Below are positions 1 to 12,661 of a stretch of 64,000 nt of DNA, in pieces. Position 1 is the stretch's first letter, and each line of letters opens with the position of its first letter. Source of the DNA: the human T2T-CHM13v2.0 reference genome, Homo sapiens. The stretch lies in assembly GCF_009914755.1 (NCBI RefSeq), contig NC_060927.1. The stretch is one strand, 5' to 3'. The translations under genes and the position numbers were made by a program. A model generated the notes under the pieces. It did no database searches. It worked only from the letters and a program-made list of their open reading frames with translations, and was not told the DNA's origin.

Positions 1-339
1 GCTGTCAATTTTTTCACATACGGTCAGATCAAAACTTTATATAATTAGACAAGTTGATTTAGCTTCTAAATAACAAACACATTTATTTTTCCTAATAGTA
101 GGCAATTAATTACTTGGCTAGTTTTAATTCAATTTCATTTTGCACTGGATATTTAGACATATAAGCTGTACCTTAAAAAAAGGATTTCCCTGAATGGACG
201 GTTAACTCTCCACCTCTACTCCACCCACATTTACAGATGAGAAAACTGACACCAAGGAGATATGTAGGAGAGAAAAATGATTACAAGCATTCAAGATTCA
301 GGTCCAAAGTACTCCCAATGGATTTGTTGTTTGTGAACT

Positions 340-585
340 AATATGCACTCATGGAGCCTCTATAATGTGCAGCTCTATGCAAAGCTCTTTTCCTTACATC
401 ATCTTGTGGAACCCCCATAACCTCACAGTAATGAAGACGTTATTTCTAGCTATACTGTGGAGTTGGGGAAAATTGTTAGGCTCAGAGGTTATGAGAATTT
501 CTCAGGATCACTCAGCTAGTAAGTAGCCAAACTGGAATTCTCATGTAGACCATTTGACTCTGAAGCCCACCAGCCTTCTAACACA
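340..585 (-). mobile_element. MIR SINE fragment
   Basis: Degenerate reverse-complement MIR core (ggctcagaggtt...aggatcactcagctagtaagtagc...tttgactctgaagccca); a second core fragment at ~225-270 (tttacagatgagaaaactga). Boundaries approximate. Confidence 0.6.
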
Positions 586-1269
586 TAGAAAACAACAGGT
601 TTTATTGTCTAAGGTCATGGCTTTCCATCCTCAATATCCTTGGATATGGCACATTTGCTACCTGCCTCTACTTGTAGCTACTTGAGTGAGTCATGGTCAG
701 AATCCATTTTTCTTTGGTGTTAAAGAATGCTTTTGAAAGGGATAAAGGTGGAAGATACTTCCTGTTTGGCACAGTGTATGAGTATGTGGTTATAATAATC
801 ATCTCTTGCCCCACTATTCTCACAAGTTTTTAGAAACTCCTCCCTCAGAAGATGCCATCACTGGTAGTTGATCCTGGGAAGTTGCCCAGTAGTTGTTCCA
901 CATGTTCCCTCTGTACCAAAACATAGACAAATCCAATTTTCTCACTCTGTTTCTAGGTTGATGTCAATTTGAATCATGGCTTGATGAAAGAGAGTAAAAT
1001 GATGATGGCTTGGAATAATTTAATCTTACCTCTATATAAAATATAATTTCTTTGGGAATTTTGTGGGTTTTTCTTTTCTTATTGCTTATTCTCTCAGCAT
1101 TTATTATAAATCCCTTCTCTCAAAACAAAAGAACACTAACATCTCTCTCGTTTAACAGAGACTGCTTTAAACATTGCTCTCTCCTCCCTTCCCACCTCCT
1201 CTTTGACTAAACCAAGATTTTTCATTGTGAAGGTTTGACTCATGATAACCTAGGCAAAGAAAGGTCACT

Positions 1270-1820
1270 TTGGTGTCTCTTATGAACAGCAGCATCAGCA
1301 ACACCTGGGTGTCACGCACGTCCTTGTGAACAGAGTCCACCAAATAGGCTTCGTTTGAGCAACAAGGCTGTTTATTTCACCTGGGTGCAGGCAGGGTGAG
1401 TCCGAAAAGAGGGTCAGCGAAGGGAGATAGGGGTGGAGCTGTTTTATAGGATTTGGGTAGGTAGTGGAAAATTACAGTCAAAGGGGGTTGTTTCTCTGGT
1501 GGGCAGGGGCGGGGGTCACAAGGTGCTCAGTCAGGGAGCTTCTGAGCCAGGAGAAGGAATCTCACAAGGTAATGTCATCAGTTAAGGCAGGAACCGGCCA
1601 TTTTCACTTCTTTTGTGATTCTTCAGTTACTTCAGGCCATCTGGATGTACACATGCAGGCTTGGCCTCAGAGGCCTGACACTGGGGTCTTATTAGAAATG
1701 TAAATTATCAGGCTCTAGCCCAGACCTACTAAATCAGAAATTCTGGAGATGTGGACCCAGCCAATTGTGTTCTTAAAGCCCTGCAGATGATCTTGATGTA
1801 CCATAAGCATGAAAACCATG
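1270..1820 (+). mobile_element. MER5A (hAT-Charlie) DNA transposon split by an LTR7 insertion
   Basis: cagcagcatcagcaacacctggg before 1310 continues after 1685 as ttagaaatgtaaatt...cccagacctactaaatcagaaattctgg, matching the MER5A consensus. Confidence 0.8.
1310..1680 (-). mobile_element. LTR7-family (HERV-H) solo LTR, LTR7C/LTR7B-like
   Basis: Minus strand begins TGTCAGGCCTCTGAG and ends ...GTGCGTGACA; 5-bp TSD CTGGG at 1305-1309 and 1681-1685; TATAAAA (plus 1442-1448) and AATAAA (plus 1371-1376) on the minus strand. Confidence 0.93.
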
Positions 1821-1934
1821 TCCATATAAATGATTTTCTTTTAAAAAAAAGTTTTAGGTGATACAGTCTACAGCTCTGAAGAGATCACTAAGATAGAGTG
1901 AATTAAGTGTTCTGTATTGACTGTACACTTACTA

Positions 1935-2108
1935 GTGTTGGCAGATAAAATACAAGATGTCCAGTTGAATTGAAATTTCAGATATACAGCAAATAAAATT
2001 TTGGTATCTCCCATAAGATATTTGGGACTTACACTAAAAAAAAGTTGTTTATGGGAAATTCCAATTTTACTAGGTATTCTGCATTTTTATTTGTTAAATC
2101 TGGCAACC
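1935..2108. mobile_element. MER53 palindromic hAT MITE
   Basis: Termini gttggcagataaaatacaagatgtccagtt ... ttctgcatttttatttgttaaatctggcaacc; imperfect internal palindrome centred on tcccataagatatttggga. Confidence 0.8.
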
Positions 2109-5100
2109 TGATCACCAACCCATTTTTCTGTAAGTGAGTTCTGAGAGGTAGGAGTAACTGCCAGTTTGGTGGGACCAGGTAACTTTTCTTGTTTTGACTG
2201 TACAGTAGGGCAAGCTGGTAGGAAACACTATGTAATTCCTGCCTGTGTCTTTTATAAGCCCTTTGCTGCATGCTGTGATTTGAGAAAATGGTAATTACTA
2301 TACTTAACATTTCTTGTTTATTTTGTATCATGGAAAAAGAGAATGTCTTTTCTCCATTTTAACCTTAATAAGAAAACACAAGGTGTCTTCCTCCAGAGAA
2401 TTTCAGAAAATCGGGCAGAGTGGACAAAATGAAATGGAGGTTGTGGGGTGATTAGAAAAATAATAGAATGGCAGTCAGGAAGCTGGGGCTAATTTTTTGG
2501 TCAATTTGTGTGTTAGGGGAGGTGGTATGAGCGTATGTGTATATGCATGGGTGCATGCATGGATGGGGTATACAAGATTAGAAAACTAATACTTAACTGA
2601 ATTTCTACTGGTGTCAGGCATTGTGCACAGTGCTTTGCATATCACGTATTTCATCTTGATGTTATTTCAGAAACATTCCTTGAGAAAGGTATGTTGGGAC
2701 AAGGTAGCTTAACACAGATGTCAATATTGCCCCTCCAATGCTAAGTGTGCTTCTCCAAGAAGCCATTACCTCTGCTTTGCCTGCATAGGTAAAAGAAGAC
2801 ACCTATTTATATTTATTGCCCATGGCTTCCCTTCAAGAAGGACGTATGAATACTTTTAGAAGAGAGGGAAAATATGTCCTAAACTGCAAGGAGTTCAATT
2901 CTGAGGTTGCCCTGAGGAGAAATCTTCTAACAAGCAGCTATGGAAGCATTGAATGATTCACTGAGATGTAACACGATTCCAGAGAGACTCAGCTGAATGT
3001 GGTTCACAAATGTAATCATCTTATTGAGTACCCTGATCTAAAGGTACTAATTATGAAGCACTGTGAAAATGACAACTGCATTTATTAACTAGTTTACATA
3101 AATATGTATTTCTTAACCAATAATAGAAATAGTTTGTCTCAATCTTGTTTTTCTAGTATATGCACACTTTAGCTACTAAGGATTAAGGAGAGAGACATAA
3201 ACAGCCAAACACCCCTCCCATCTCCTACCTCTGAAATGCAAGAGGATTTCAGATGGGAGAGTAATTATAGGTCAACAGAAACCACATGGTCCCTTACACT
3301 CTCCAACTACCACCTCGGGATAAGCATGACAGTGGAGAAAAGCCTGCAGTCACATTTCTGGCAATGCCCAACAGTGAGTAGTACATTTTCATTGAATAAC
3401 AAATGTCAAATGGCCAGGCAGTGGGAGAACAGAAAGGAGAAAAGAGACATTGGGCCCCAGGGGTCTGGACTGGATTTAAGGAAGGGCAGGTCAAAATTCC
3501 TAAAACTATTTGTAACTTTCCATAAAATTTAAACCAATATATATCTTATCACTCTTCAAAGCAGCCTCCCGACCAATTAGTTTAGCTGCAATTTGGGGAT
3601 AGCTGACAGAGCTCCCACTGTTTTTCACTAGCCATTAACCAAGCAGCTGTTTTGGGAGATTTTTTTTCTAAACGAATTCAAATTTAGGAATCACTTTTAT
3701 GGGCACTCAAATTGCTCTTATTTCTCCTTTGCGGTCAAAGATGCTGGTTTTGTGATTTCTATCCGAAAGACAAGGGATTGCTTGACATAATGATTTCATT
3801 TGCTTTACTGGGTCTACACAGAATTTTATTTAATCCACAGAAAGCAGTGGGAGAAACGAGAACAACCTGAAGGACAGGAAAGTATGTCTGTCCAATAGTA
3901 TAGATACTAAACATTGGCATGTGACATTTGAACCCTGCAGGCATTCACAGTTATTTAACAGATGCTTATTACATGCTTTATTAAGCCAGGTGCTGAAATG
4001 TGGTGCTAAGGAGCCCCTGATAAAATACAGCAGGATATGCATGCCAACATCAGTGACAAAAAAAATACTTTTGATTTGGAGATATTCCATAAACTCAAAG
4101 TTTCCAGAAAGATTATAAAATATAACTTACTTTTTAACTTCTTGCATTTTATTAAATCAACACACTATTCAGAATTAAGTGGAAATGAAATTTGTGATAA
4201 AATTGATCATTTTTAATCTTTAGATATTTGTTTTCTGTATCAATAACAGCCTTGAACTACTATGTATGCATGGCTATATACAGATTTGTATGCATATATA
4301 AATGCATGTAAATATGTATGCATATATTTTGCAGTGTTCTGGCACAATGTAGTTGCTCAACAGATAGTAACCATTATTATTACTGAGTACAGCAAACCCA
4401 CATGATGATGTGATAAGTGGAAGTAAAACAAAAATCCAAATGTGGAGTTACTTTGTTGTGTAGTGAATTTAAAAAAACAATATTTTCATCTGGTCTACAA
4501 TCCCTCAAAAGCCTACAATATAAATTTAAAAGAGGTATTTACAGACCACAGTGCAAACTAAGAGAGTTCCAAAGAGGCATTGCTTTCTCCTGCATTTAAA
4601 AATGAGAGTGGGGAGGGTACCAGAGACACCACATGGGAACAGGCATGATCATAGGAGTTTATACTGTACTCCAATTAGTTGAAAATTATGAACATGCATG
4701 TTACATGGTAGCTGGTAAACCAGAACGTTCAACTAACCAGTTGCCTCATTTCTCAAACATTTAATACAAATGAAAACGTTACGATTTTATTGAAAGTATA
4801 TTTTAATTTGTGTTCCTTAGGCTATATCAATATGACATCATTGAAACTAACTGAAAAGTGAAAAACTCAATTAAGGGAAAATGTGATATTTTCAGGCAAT
4901 CCGTGTAGTTGGAACTATCATTGCTTAGATAATTATGGCCAGAGTTGAGTTTCTCATGGTAGAGTCCACAAAAATCTCCATGGTATGAATGGGAATGGCC
5001 TGTTGACACCATAAGTTTTTCTAAGCCAGAATCAGAATCAAGTGAGTATGTCATTATGTGGCAGGAGAGGACCTCCTCTATATTTTGTCATAACCCAAAG

Positions 5101-5744
5101 AAAAGTTCCTGTCTTCTTAAATGCGGGCATTTATCTTCTTTGAAAAGTCAAACGAGAAACTCTATTTAAATATCAATCATGTTGCAACTTCTGTGAGGAA
5201 AAAAAAACCTGCATAAACAGTTGCCTAGGCTGATTAAAATCATGTTATTATATACAAATTAAAACTATTGACCATTTAGGAGAACAATTACAAAGCTCCA
5301 CAATGCATTGGCACAGAATCCCATCATTGTTTTCTGTCTGAGCCAAAGCAAAGTGACTCTTTCGGTTCCTACAGCTCATTAATTTCCAAGCTGGGTTATT
5401 AAGAAAGATAATGTTTAGTTTTTCAGCATGTTGGATTCTCCTCTTCTTTTTGGTTTTTAAAGAGTAAATGGACGTTTTACATTCAGGACATGGATAGTAA
5501 TTTCATAACTCTGTCTTTATTATCTCATATATTTGACCTTGAGGAACAGAACAAGCGCCAGACTTTTCTACTTTTCTCTTGGCCAAACAGAAGCAGAGTT
5601 CTCAAAATCAATGTTTGGTCCTAAGGAAATTTCAGGAAATACTTTCTTCCCTGCTCCCTCATACTTCCTGGATATCCACACTTTCCCAGAATCATCTCAG
5701 AATAGCTTTACTATGTCTAAGAGGCAAGGAGAGGATGAGACAAG

Positions 5745-6325
5745 CTCAGGAGCCAGCCTGCCTGGGGTCAGGTCCGTAGTGGCTCACTTACTGCTCTGAG
5801 TGACTTTGAATAGTTACTTCATCTCTGATGTTCAGTAAAATAAGAAAAACATCTATAAAATAAGAATAACACACATAGTACCAGGCTTATTAAGTAAGCA
5901 CGTAGCAAATGTCGATGGGGAAAAAACATTCTGGAAATCTCTGAAGGGCAACATTTTGGTGGAGTAGAAAGAGCTGTGCTTTTGGAAATTAAACCAATTG
6001 GCTGTGAGATATTGGGCCATCTCTTAGCACTTACTTTCTCCTAGGTAAAATAGGAGAATATAATCACTTTATGTGTGTTTGTGAGGAGAAAATTAAAGTA
6101 ATATGTTTATGGCAAATATTGTTGAAAGAGCATGGACTTTGGCTTCCAATGGAGGGTTTGAATTGTGGCTCTTCCTCTTATTAGCTCTATAATCTTGAGC
6201 AAGTTGTCCGTTTCCTTATTTGTAAAACAGGCAGCATAATACCTCCATTGCAGAGTTACCAAGAGAATTTAATTTCTATAAAGTTCCTAATGCATAGTAG
6301 GGACTTGATAAATGGCAGGTGCATT
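5745..6325 (+). mobile_element. Cluster of three degenerate MIR SINEs
   Basis: Repeated MIR motifs (gtgactttgaatagttacttcatctctg; gctgtgagatattgggc; cttgagcaagtt...tttccttatttgtaaaa). Confidence 0.6.
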
Positions 6326-6534
6326 GTTTGTGAACTATTTTCTTGTCCATAACACACTATGTAGATATTAGCTACAAACCTCATCACTATTATTTTGCTG
6401 TTCTAGAAGTTGGGCCAGTAAGCCTTCTTCCAAACCCCACTTACAACCTGCAAAAATCTTTATCAGTTCCTACCTCCCAGGTGCCAGGTGTATGTACCAC
6501 AAACTTTGGAACTCAAAAGTCTTATGACTTTTGT

Positions 6535-7010
6535 TTGAATTTTTATTGAAATTATACATATTTAAGGTATACAGTGTGATGTTTTGGTATACATAATGAA
6601 CTTATTGTTACAGTTAAGCTAATTAACACATCCATCTCTTTATATGGTTACCTTTGTGTGTGTGGTAAGAACACTTAAGATCTATTCTCTCAGCAAATTT
6701 CCAGTATACAATACAGTATTGTTAACTACAGACCCCATGCTGCACATTAGATCTCCAGAACCTATTCCCTCTAAGTAACTGAAACTTTGTATCCTTTGAT
6801 AACATTTCCCCATTTCCCCCTACCCTCTTCCCCATGTCCCAGTAAACACCATCCTATTCCCGGCTTCTATGAATTCAAGGTTTTTAGATTCCAATTGTAA
6901 ATGAGACCATGCAGTATTTTTCTTCTGTGACTGGCTATTTCACTTAGCCTCTAGGTTCATCCATGTTGTCACAAATGGGAAGATTTCCTTCTTTTTAAGA
7001 TTAATATTTC
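6535..7010 (-). mobile_element. L1MA (L1MA8/9-like) 3' end fragment
   Basis: tatatttaaggtatacagtgtgatgtttt...aacacttaagatctattctctcagcaaatttccagtatacaatacagtattgttaactac...attagatctccagaac, typical of the L1MA 3' UTR in antisense. Confidence 0.8.
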
Positions 7011-7149
7011 ACTGGTAATAGGAAACATTCCTTGATCTGTATGTTTTCTTCTAGGAGTTTTGTGATTTCAGGTCTCATGACTTTTGAAGTCTCAGAATCA
7101 CCATGTCTTCTGATGCCAAAAGAAGGCACTCCCTCAGGAAGGTGGCCTC

Positions 7150-7520
7150 ATTTGTGATATGTTTCTGCAGCAAATATCAGAAATCCAGACTAAATATATG
7201 GGGATTTATTTATGTCACACAGAAGATGCAGGGAAGGCAATGTGAAGCTGGTTCAGCGGCTCAGCAGCGCCACCACAGGCATGGGCTCCTTCCATCTACC
7301 TGGTGTTTCTTTTTCAGTCTGTAGCTTTTGTCTCCATGGCTGCTGTGCAAACACATTCCATATCTCACAGGCCAGATCTAGGTCACATAGCCACCTCTAG
7401 CTGCAAGGGAGTCTGAAATAAATATTTAATTGGATATATTGTTGCCTCAAATAAAATTAGGATTCTAGGAGCACAAGAGAAGGGGAGAGTAGATATTTTT
7501 TGGCAGCTAGCAATGTCTCC
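7150..7520 (-). mobile_element. MLT1 (MaLR) LTR fragment, MLT1J/K-like
   Basis: ggccagatctaggtcacatagccacctctagctgcaagggagtctg core motif plus MLT1-like flanks. Confidence 0.6.
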
Positions 7521-8603
7521 AGTAGTCTGAACTCTTGGAGAATAGACTGGTGACAATGAGCTGGTGGCACCTTCAACAGAGCAGAGGCCTGCTCAGGTTG
7601 CTTCAGAAGATGGCTTTGCACTAAGATTCTAGCAATTCTAAGATTCAGGCTGTCTTCTATTATATGGAGCAATGTGGCTTTTCCTGCTTTCAGGGAATGT
7701 GGGTGTGCAATTGAGAGAAGTAGTTCATATCTATGGTGGTTGCTTTGTTGTGATGTGATTGATTTTGGTTTGTTTTAGTTTGCGTCAGTTTCATTGCTTC
7801 AGTTCGTCTTCATTTTTCTATGGTTTGCAAGTGCCTCAGGTGTCCAGGCAAACACACTCCTGTATCCCATGGTTTACGGCTGGAGGTTTGTCTCCCTCAG
7901 GAGACAAACTTTTTGGATGTTCCCCACATTGGTCTGGACCCTCTTTTTAGCTGACAAGACACCCTGCCAGGCATAGCACAGCAGTGCAGGAGCAGCCACC
8001 CACATTTCACAGTTGGAGCTGCTTTTTTCCATGTGAACAGGGGAGCACTCAACTGAAATATAAATTCTATCCAAATAAGCTTGGCCCAACTCCACACAGG
8101 CCTGAGGTGTTGCTGTGAATGCTCTATCTGAGAAGGGAAGATAAATCAAACACATAAAACTGAGATTGGAGCCATAAATACGAAAAATAAATGTTAATGT
8201 CCATAGCAGGCCTGTGTGATAGAAGCCCACCTAAGAAAAGTGTCTATTCTTGTTTGCTACAGGGGATCTTAAAGGGAGGCAGAATCACCTTCTTAGTATG
8301 AAAGTTCCCCTCATCACAAGGGAAAATAAAAATTGTTCTGCACTCCCTTCAACCCAGTGGCTAAAGTTTTTACGTTAGTCTTTTAAAGTCTCTGTTAAAT
8401 TACAGATGCTATTTATGATAAGTGACATGATAATTAGACTTTATCTTCCATAACACATGATCTTAAATACATTTATCAAATTAACTCTAGAAAATTCCAC
8501 TGAGTCACAGTTTTCCTGGGGGCAGGAATTGTGCTTTTTCCCAGCATCCAAGAACCTGGCATGATGCTGGGCACAGATCAGGCATCAAGGAATGCTGGCT
8601 GAA

Positions 8604-9012
8604 CAGGCACAGAAAGACAAACTTTACATGTTCTCACTCACATGTGGGAGCAAAAAATCGAAACAAATGAAATCAGAGAGTAGAATGATGGTTACCAGAG
8701 GCTGGGAAGTGTAGTGGTGGGGCAGGAGTGGGGATGGTTAATGGACACACAAAAAATAGCTAGAATGAATAAGATCTAGTATTTGATAGTACAACAGAGT
8801 GACTACAGTCAATAATTTATTGTACATTTTAAAATAACGGAGAGTATAAATGAATCATTTGTGACACAAAGAAAGGATAAATGCTTGAGGTAATGGATAC
8901 TCCATTTACCCTGATGTGATTGTTACACTTTGTATCGCTGTATCAAAATATTTTATGTACCCCATAAATATATACATCTATTATATACCCACAAAAATAA
9001 TGTGTTTAAAAA
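8604..9012 (+). mobile_element. 5'-truncated L1MA (L1MA2/3-like) 3' end
   Basis: aggcacagaaagacaaac...gagagtagaatgatggttaccagaggctgggaag...gtaccccataaatatatac; degenerate 17-bp TSD aaggaatgctggctgaa (8587-8603) / aagaaatattggctgaa (9013-9029). Confidence 0.85.
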
Positions 9013-10019
9013 AAGAAATATTGGCTGAAGTTGACAGAGGGGATGGGACATGGGGACAGAGGGAAAGGTCTGAGGAGGGCAGAGCTGAGAGACAGATGGC
9101 TCTCTCAGGGGACAGGGGTGAGCACTGGCTGCCAAGAAGAAACTAGACATCTGGGGAGAAATTGCACAGAAAGAAGGCCAGAGCAGCCCCATAAAAAAGT
9201 CATTCTGTCTTGTGCATTTGGCAAAAGTTATGCTGCCCCTTGGCGCCATCAAAGTGGAGATCAGGAACCAACTGTGCAATGTCATAGGAAAAAAACAACA
9301 CTATGGAGAGGATAAATATTCGTCACCAGGTCCAGTTCTGGCATCTGCTTCAGATTTATTTTTAAATAAAGCAGATCTTATTAAAGTAATTAGCCAACTG
9401 TGAGAATTCTGCTCCTGATTCTGGAATTCCCAAGATAATGGAGCACATGTTGAATAAGAAGATAACTCTAAGCCCCTGTGTTTCTCTAGGGTCTTTTTTT
9501 AGTACATGCTTATTGTCCAAATTCATAAGTGTTGAGCTAACGTAATGTTTTAATTGTTCTTGCTCCTCTATATGCAATGATAGAATGCAAGCCATAGCAC
9601 TGATTAATTTCAAATTTTGATTAAGTGATAAGAAAGTCCTTTTCATCTTTTATTTTAATCATGCAATAGTTTTGTGTATCTTCTTTGTAAATTTGGCTTT
9701 AAAATGAGGTGCTGATACTCATTTTTTGATTAGTAAAATATTTGCCCTATTCTTCCATTCTGCCCATGTTGACTCCCTCTATCTCTGTGAATTTGTGTTC
9801 TACTAAATTAGACCACTAAGCCAGAAACATTTATTTATTTAAGAAGACTTTTACTATTAGCCTGATAGAAAGGAGTCAACATCTTGTGCTAATTCATTTC
9901 ATTACATACACACACTATCCCTGAATTTGTCTAGTAATGCTTGTGATAAGGAGATAAAAACCATCTTTTAATTTACAGTACAAATGCTTCACTCTGGGCT
10001 TTCTAAAACATTATTTGTG

Positions 10020-10595
10020 AGAGTGTAAATAACTGATAAAACAATATATGTCAATATTTTAAGTATGTATGCTCTCTGACCAGCATTCGTGTCTAGTATA
10101 ATCTGTCCTGCTGAAATACTTGTACATAAGAATTACAATGAATGTTCAATACTGCAGTGTGGATTGAAACAGCCAAAAATTGGGGGAAAATGCATGTGTT
10201 TATTATGAACAAAGTGGTCAAATAAACAACAAGACAGACATATATTTAATTAAATATGGTTAAATTATATTTAATTCTATAGCATTTTTAAAAGATGATC
10301 TATTTGTACAGAGCTAATAGAAAGAATTCTAAGACATGTTGATAAACAAGGTGGTGGTGAAACAATGCATATGGTCTGGTGTCTTTTATATTAAAAAAAT
10401 TATATATTTGTATATTTTTATATGTATGTAATTTTGTAGAAAGGAGATTGGAAGAATACACACCAAATTATCAGCTCTAGTTACCTCTGGAGAGAAGAGG
10501 GGCTGAGTATGAAGAAGGTCCTCAGCATTTTGCTTATATAATTGTATATAATTTGAGTTTTTCACAATGAGAATGTATTCATGTAACTGCTGAGT
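10020..10595 (+). mobile_element. Old L1ME 3' fragment
   Basis: ggaagaatacacaccaaattatcagc...gttacctctgg...tttcacaatgagaatgtattcatg, typical of an L1ME 3' end. Confidence 0.6.
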
Positions 10596-10599
10596 AATT

Positions 10600-10850
10600 T
10601 TTGTTTTTGATTTTGTTTTGTAATTTATACAAATATTTTACAAATGTATAAAGTACATGTGAGTAGTTTTTACATGTATAGAATGTGAAATGATCAAGTC
10701 AGTGTATTTGGACTATCCATCATCTTGAGTATTTACCATTTCTATGTGTTAGTAACATTTCATGTCCTCTCTTAGTTACTTTGAAATGTTCAAGGCATTG
10801 TTGCTAACTATTGTCACCACACTGCTATGGAATGTTAAGGCTAACTTTTT
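10600..10850 (-). mobile_element. L1MA (L1MA4/5-like) 3' terminal fragment
   Basis: T-rich tail then gtacatgtgag...aatgatcaagtcagtgtatttgg...ttgttgctaactattgtcacc. Confidence 0.7.
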
Positions 10851-11625
10851 CTTAGATCTCACCTTCTTCAGGTTTAAAAATGTAACAATATGCAAATTTT
10901 TACTTTCAAATAACCAGGTTCTGTGAGTGCCATGACTTGATGTACAAAGAAGAAAGGATATCAGGAAGAGAAAACTAGAGTAGTTCAATGAATTTTTATA
11001 GCTAGATGTGTCATTACCAAACACACACAAACACTCAACTTCATTGAGTTACCCAAGCAATATTTATTGAGTGCCTACAACTTGTCAAGTGCTAAGATAA
11101 ATGCCAAAGTGCATGCACACAAACATACAGTGGAGAAATGATGAATCTAATATTGAATTAATTGATTTCCTATTAAGGTGTACCAAAGCTGTGGATATAA
11201 AATGGAGCCCTCGTGTATGGAGAGGAGATAAATTCTAAGATTTACACTGCAAACTCCACAGAAGGAAGCTGTGGGTTGTCCTAGGGTGGAGTGAGAGGAA
11301 TTAATCTTTAGATTTTCACTTGTAAGATAACTGGAAAAATGATTACTTATACAGAGAGATGCCAAGAAAGGAAGGAGAATTGATTCAGTGAGTATGGCTC
11401 TACACCAAGAAGTTTAGAATCTGATTTTTAAGATACTTCTCAACTTTACCAAGTAAGATCCTGGCTTGAGTTTCACCTTTAAAGGGTCATTCAATAATAA
11501 GATGTCCCATTTAATTTACATGTTTATGAACTCATTAAAATTAGTAGTTTGGACATAGACCTTTTGCAAATTCTGGGCAGGTAGGAAGACAGTAACATCA
11601 GTGCTGAGCTTCAGCTGCCACACAT

Positions 11626-12090
11626 TCAAGACTGAGACAGTGGGGAGCCAAGATGGCCGAATAGGAGCAGCTCCAGTCTACAGCTCCCAGCATGAGTGAC
11701 ACAGAAAACGGGTAATTTCTGCATTTCCAACTGAGGTACCAGGTTCATCTCACTGGGGAGTGCTGGACAGCGGGTGAAGGACAGTGGGCGCAGCACACCA
11801 TGCATGAGCCGAAGCAGGGCGAGGCATCGCCTCACCCAGGAAGCACAAGGGGTCAGGGAATTCCCTTTCCTAGTCACAGAAAGGGGTGACAAACGGCACC
11901 TGGAACATCGGGTCACTCCCACCCTAATACTGCGCTTTTCCAACGGGTTTAACAAATGGCACACCAGGAGATTATATCCAGCACCTGGCTTGGAGGGTCC
12001 TAGGCCCACGGAGCTTCCCTCATTGCTAGCACAGCAGTCTGAGATCAAACTGCAAGGTGACAGCGAGGCTGGGGGAGGGGCGCCCACCAA
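11626..12090 (-). pseudogene. L1 antisense ORF0 frame with start codon lost (ATG to TTG)
   Basis: Translation (L)VGAPPPASLSPCSLISDCCASN...IRVGVTR matches ORF0; first codon at 12090-12088 is TTG; frame stays open for 154 codons. Confidence 0.7.
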
Positions 12091-12660
12091 TGCCCAGGCC
12101 TTGAGTAGTTAAACAAAGTGGCCTGGAAATTCGAACTGGGTGGAGCCCACCACAGCTCAAGGAGGCCTGCCTGCCTCTATAGGCTCCACCTCTGGTGGCA
12201 GGGCACAGACAAAAGACAGCAATAACCTCTGCAGACTTAAATGTCCCTGTCTGACAGCTTTGAAGAGAGTAGTGGTTCTCCCAGCATGCAGCTGGAGATC
12301 TGAGAACAGGCAGACTGCCTCCTCAAGTGGGTCCCTGACCCCAAGTAGCCTAACTGGGAGGCACCCCCAAGTAGGGGCAGACTGACACCTCACACGGCCA
12401 GGTACTGCTCTGAGACAAAACTTCCAGAGGAACGATCAGGCAGCAGCATTTGCAGTTCATCAGTATTCGCTGTTCTGCAGTCACCACTGCTGAAACCCAG
12501 GCAAACAGGGTCTGGAGTGGACCTCCAGTAAACTCCAACAGACCTGCGGCTGAAGGTCCTGACTGTTAGAAGGAAAACTAACAAACAGAAAGGACATCCA
12601 CACCAAAACCCCATCTGTATGTCACCATCATCAAAGACCAAAGGTAGATAAAACCACAAA
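11641..12660 (+). promoter_or_regulatory. L1 5' UTR internal sense promoter and antisense promoter region
   Basis: Intact YY1 motif CAAGATGGCC at 11649-11658. Promoter function is established for L1 5' UTRs generally; many CpGs here have decayed and activity is untested. Confidence 0.6.
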
Positions 12661-12661
12661 G

